Source of the DNA: Leptospira biflexa
Lineage (GTDB): Bacteria; Spirochaetota; UBA4802; UB4802
Length of the DNA: 64,000 bases
Direction of reading: 5' to 3'
NCBI GenBank assembly: GCA_020721905.1
Contig: DYLU01000001.1
Span: 32,439-96,438 of the forward strand
Part shown: positions 61,135 through 64,000 of the stretch, piece by piece
How positions within the stretch are numbered: position 1 is the first letter of the stretch
Layout of the letters: every line of letters begins with the position of its first letter
Program-made: the position numbers and the translations under genes
The notes under the pieces: generated by a model
What the model was told of the DNA's origin: nothing
Databases searched by the model: none
Seen by the model: the letters and a program-made list of their open reading frames with translations, nothing else

Positions 61135-61653
61135 ATGATTAAAAAATTCATAAAGTACTATATAATTTTATTTCTCTTATTGCAATCAGCATGGGCACAA
61201 CTTACCACCACAATAATAGAAGAAAACAGAGAATTCTGGACTGCATTGATTCAAAACATAACACTGGCAAATAAAAACCTTCTTTACGCCAGTTATGTTG
61301 CCTATAAAGACAAACTATACGATTTGTCAATTGACTCATTTCAGGAATGCATAACTCAGAATACTGATAATCAGGTTATTCAAGGTATTGCTAATTATTA
61401 TATTGGAAAAAATTTTTATAATTTAGGTGAATATAAAAAAGCAGTGTTATATTTTTTGGCCACCGAGCGCTATACAATGGATCAATACACGTATATAAAG
61501 GCAGCAGCACTGATAAATGCATCAGTTTGTTACATCCAGCTTAATGATACAGTAATGGCAAAAACCTATTTGCAAAAATCCATGCAATATGATACAGAAG
61601 GTTCATACAAAACTACCATTGAAACACTCATGCAATCACTGAAAAATAATTAA
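61135..61653 (+). CDS. Secreted TPR-like protein
   Basis: Signal peptide MIKKFIKYYIILFLLLQSAWAQ. TPR-like repeats (IANYYIGKNFYNLGEYKKAVLYF). Confidence 0.5.
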   Translation: MIKKFIKYYIILFLLLQSAWAQLTTTIIEENREFWTALIQNITLANKNLLYASYVAYKDKLYDLSIDSFQECITQNTDNQVIQGIANYYIGKNFYNLGEYKKAVLYFLATERYTMDQYTYIKAAALINASVCYIQLNDTVMAKTYLQKSMQYDTEGSYKTTIETLMQSLKNN

Positions 61654-61704
61654 ATGATAGTATATTCCCTGCTGTTGCAGTTGTACAAATATTTCTGGTG
61701 ATAA

Positions 61705-62712
61705 TTAAACCTTATAATACTCTTTATACCATAGTACAAATTTATGCAACCCCTCTTCTATTGTAGTTATTGGTCTATAGCCTACTGCTTCAGTAAGTTC
61801 ATCAATATCAGCAAATGTAGCAAGCACATCACCCGGTTGCATGGGTAAAAAATTTATCATAGCCTTTTTACCTGTTTCCTGTTCCAAAATCGTTATGAAA
61901 TGCATCAACGAAACGGGTTTATTGTTTCCAATGTTATAAATTTTGTAAGGTGCACTGCTTGAAGCAGGATCAGGATGCATGGTATCAAAATCAGGTTGAC
62001 CTTGTGGTATTTTGAAGGTTATTCGGTATATACCTTCAACAATATCATCAATAAAGGTAAAATCACGTTCCATATCACCAAAGTTATATACATCAATGGG
62101 CTTATTTTCAAAGATTGCTTTTGTAAATTTGAAATATGCCATATCGGGCCTGCCCCATGGACCATATACGGTAAAAAAGCGCAACCCGCTTGATGGGATT
62201 GAATATAAATGTGAGTAGCAATGTGCAAAAAGTTCATTTGACTTTTTAGTTGCAGCATACAATGAAACCGGATGATCAACATTGTCATGTACCGAAAACG
62301 GAACACACGAATTCATACCATACACCGAACTTGATGACGCATACACAAGGTGCTTAACAGAATAGTGCCTGCAACATTCAAGTATATTCATAAATCCAAC
62401 AATATTGCTGTGAACATAATCAAACGGATGTTCCAGACTATAGCGCACACCTGCCTGCGCAGCTAAATGTACTACGCAGTCACATGTATGTTTTTTAAAT
62501 ATGTTCGATAGTTCCTGATAATTGGCTATATCGCTTTGATAAAAGATATAATTATCATTTTGCTTCAAAATATTATTACGCGCCTCTTTGAGCGATACAT
62601 CATAATAACTGTTCAAGTTATCAATACCAATAACAGTATGCCCTTCCTGTAAAAATCGCAATGCAGTATAAAAACCAATAAACCCTGCTGTACCAGTTAT
62701 AAGAATGTTCAT
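61705..62712 (-). CDS. NAD-dependent nucleotide-sugar epimerase (UDP-glucuronate 4-epimerase-like)
   Basis: GTAGFIGF Rossmann motif and catalytic YxxxK (YAATKKS). 335 aa with the extended-SDR fold pattern. Confidence 0.8.
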   Translation of the reverse strand: MNILITGTAGFIGFYTALRFLQEGHTVIGIDNLNSYYDVSLKEARNNILKQNDNYIFYQSDIANYQELSNIFKKHTCDCVVHLAAQAGVRYSLEHPFDYVHSNIVGFMNILECCRHYSVKHLVYASSSSVYGMNSCVPFSVHDNVDHPVSLYAATKKSNELFAHCYSHLYSIPSSGLRFFTVYGPWGRPDMAYFKFTKAIFENKPIDVYNFGDMERDFTFIDDIVEGIYRITFKIPQGQPDFDTMHPDPASSSAPYKIYNIGNNKPVSLMHFITILEQETGKKAMINFLPMQPGDVLATFADIDELTEAVGYRPITTIEEGLHKFVLWYKEYYKV

Positions 62713-62829
62713 GCAATGTTACCTCTAAAATACTAGTTTACAATATTGTACTTAAAAAAAAGTGATTGACATAACTTTAAATTTGTAATATTTTCAATTA
62801 CATCCATCCAGCTTCAAGAAATTTTTTAG

Positions 62830-63486
62830 ATGAGGTCCCGTATGAATAAAATAGTAACGTTCATTATTCTTTTTCTAAGTCAACCATTATTTGCTCAGGA
62901 ACTATCGCCCAATTCATCCAATTTATGGACTACCTTTAAGCAGGGTGGAATTCTGATGTGGCCTATACTGTTTTTAGGTATAGTAGGTTTAACCATTATT
63001 ATAGAACGTTCTTTATTTTATTTCAAAATCAAAATATGGGATACAGTACATATTGAAAATAAATTGAACGAATTACTCAATCAAAACACATACAGGTTCC
63101 GTGAAGAAGCAATAGATGACCTTGAAAAAAATATGCAGATTTATTATAATGAGCTGGAAAAAGGACTGGTACTGCTTAATGCTGTGGGTAATTTATCACC
63201 AATCATTGGATTTTTTGGTACCGTGCAGGGGATGATTGCAGCATTTGCTTCAATTGCAGCAGCAACAACAGTTAACGCAAAAGTGGTTGCTGTTGGTATA
63301 CAGATTGCCCTTATTACAACTGCAGGCGGATTATCCGTAGCTGTACCCACATTAGCATTTTACCATTTCTATGTACACATCTTACAAAACATATACGCTA
63401 AAACATCTGAACTTATTATCCTTAAAACAAAACAATTGCCACGATATTCGCAGATTGAAAATACTACAACACTGGAAGGTGTATAA
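62830..63486 (+). CDS. exbB: MotA/TolQ/ExbB proton-channel protein
   Basis: Conserved C-terminal TM block GTVQGMIAAFASIAA...VAVGIQIALITTAGGL. Confidence 0.75.
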   Translation: MRSRMNKIVTFIILFLSQPLFAQELSPNSSNLWTTFKQGGILMWPILFLGIVGLTIIIERSLFYFKIKIWDTVHIENKLNELLNQNTYRFREEAIDDLEKNMQIYYNELEKGLVLLNAVGNLSPIIGFFGTVQGMIAAFASIAAATTVNAKVVAVGIQIALITTAGGLSVAVPTLAFYHFYVHILQNIYAKTSELIILKTKQLPRYSQIENTTTLEGV

Positions 63487-63908
63487 TGTACTGGTTGGGG
63501 CGTAAAAACAAACCACAGCAAAATCAATCACGGCTCATTGAGTTTGATACAACGCCAATTGCAGATTTATCGTTTAACCTTTTGATATTTTTTATTGTCA
63601 CCGCTTCATTTATTATGCGCCAGGGAGTATTCTTAAGCCTTCCATCGTTAAGTGCCGGAACGGTAAAAGTTGAACCATCGCAGGTTATTGAAATTTATCC
63701 TCAGGATAACGGATTTATTGCCGATGGGAAAACGTTAGGCAGAAAAGAACTTTTGCAGTACTTAACGGTACGCAAAATGCAAACAAATGAACCTGTATCA
63801 ATTATTTACATGAAGCCCACTGTCAAATATGAAAGACTTGTAGATACTCTCAGTGCCATTCGTGAAAGCGGTTTATCCAGAATATCATTAAAATATAATG
63901 AAAGGTAA
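63486..63908 (+). CDS. exbD: ExbD/TolR biopolymer transport protein
   Basis: Single N-terminal TM (LIFFIVTASFIM) and an ExbD periplasmic domain. Start overlaps the exbB stop. Confidence 0.75.
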   Translation: MYWLGRKNKPQQNQSRLIEFDTTPIADLSFNLLIFFIVTASFIMRQGVFLSLPSLSAGTVKVEPSQVIEIYPQDNGFIADGKTLGRKELLQYLTVRKMQTNEPVSIIYMKPTVKYERLVDTLSAIRESGLSRISLKYNER

Positions 63909-63911
63909 GTA

Positions 63912-64000
63912 TGGTACAAAGCCCCTTTTTAAAAAAATTGCGTCCGTTTTCCCTGGGAGCTTCAGCAGCTGATATGGCCATGCTGCTTTTGGTATTTTTT
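63912..64000 (+). CDS. Second ExbD/TolR-like protein (5' partial; runs off the window)
   Basis: MVQSPFLKKLRPFSLGASAADMAMLLLVFF matches the ExbD N-terminal pattern. Confidence 0.5.

Noticed and set aside
1-64000. Search for CRISPR arrays, tRNA or rRNA genes
   Set aside because: No regularly spaced direct repeats of 25-40 bp were seen. No GGTTCGAATCC-type T-loop or cloverleaf candidates were noticed in intergenic regions. There is no rRNA-like GC-rich conserved stretch.

Overview
This 64 kb window is AT-rich (roughly 35-38% GC) and densely coding. It most likely comes from an anaerobic, diderm (Gram-negative-type) bacterium: it encodes a porin-like outer membrane protein, LolA, RodZ, ExbB/ExbD, a multiheme cytochrome c, two aldehyde:ferredoxin oxidoreductase (AOR)-family proteins, a glycyl radical enzyme and a hydrogenase maturation protease. 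Most of the content is housekeeping: ilvB-ilvN-ilvC, polA, relA/spoT, maf, tsaC, hslO, a syntenic block dprA-topA-xerC-hslV-hslU, and a pgsA-pgpA-rimO-rodZ-lolA operon. I found no rRNA or tRNA genes, no CRISPR array, and no recognisable phage-defence or prophage module. Five items stand out. (1) A TetR-regulated glycyl radical enzyme operon in which the enzyme carries an in-frame N-terminal SCP2-like domain and a Lys-rich linker. (2) A short DNA word, GCGATAGTT(A/C)C, that is heavily over-represented in both orientations, in coding and intergenic DNA, and directly abuts several start codons. (3) A five-gene operon of unknown function: tandem HD, DUF1232, an orphan protein, HDIG, and a radical SAM protein with a non-canonical Cx5Cx2C motif and a C-terminal helix-hairpin-helix. 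(4) An Rpn-family PD-(D/E)XK nuclease/transposase-like gene splitting ilvBN from ilvC. (5) A cstA-radical SAM-AOR-like operon. All calls rest on motif recognition by eye; no database search or folding was run.
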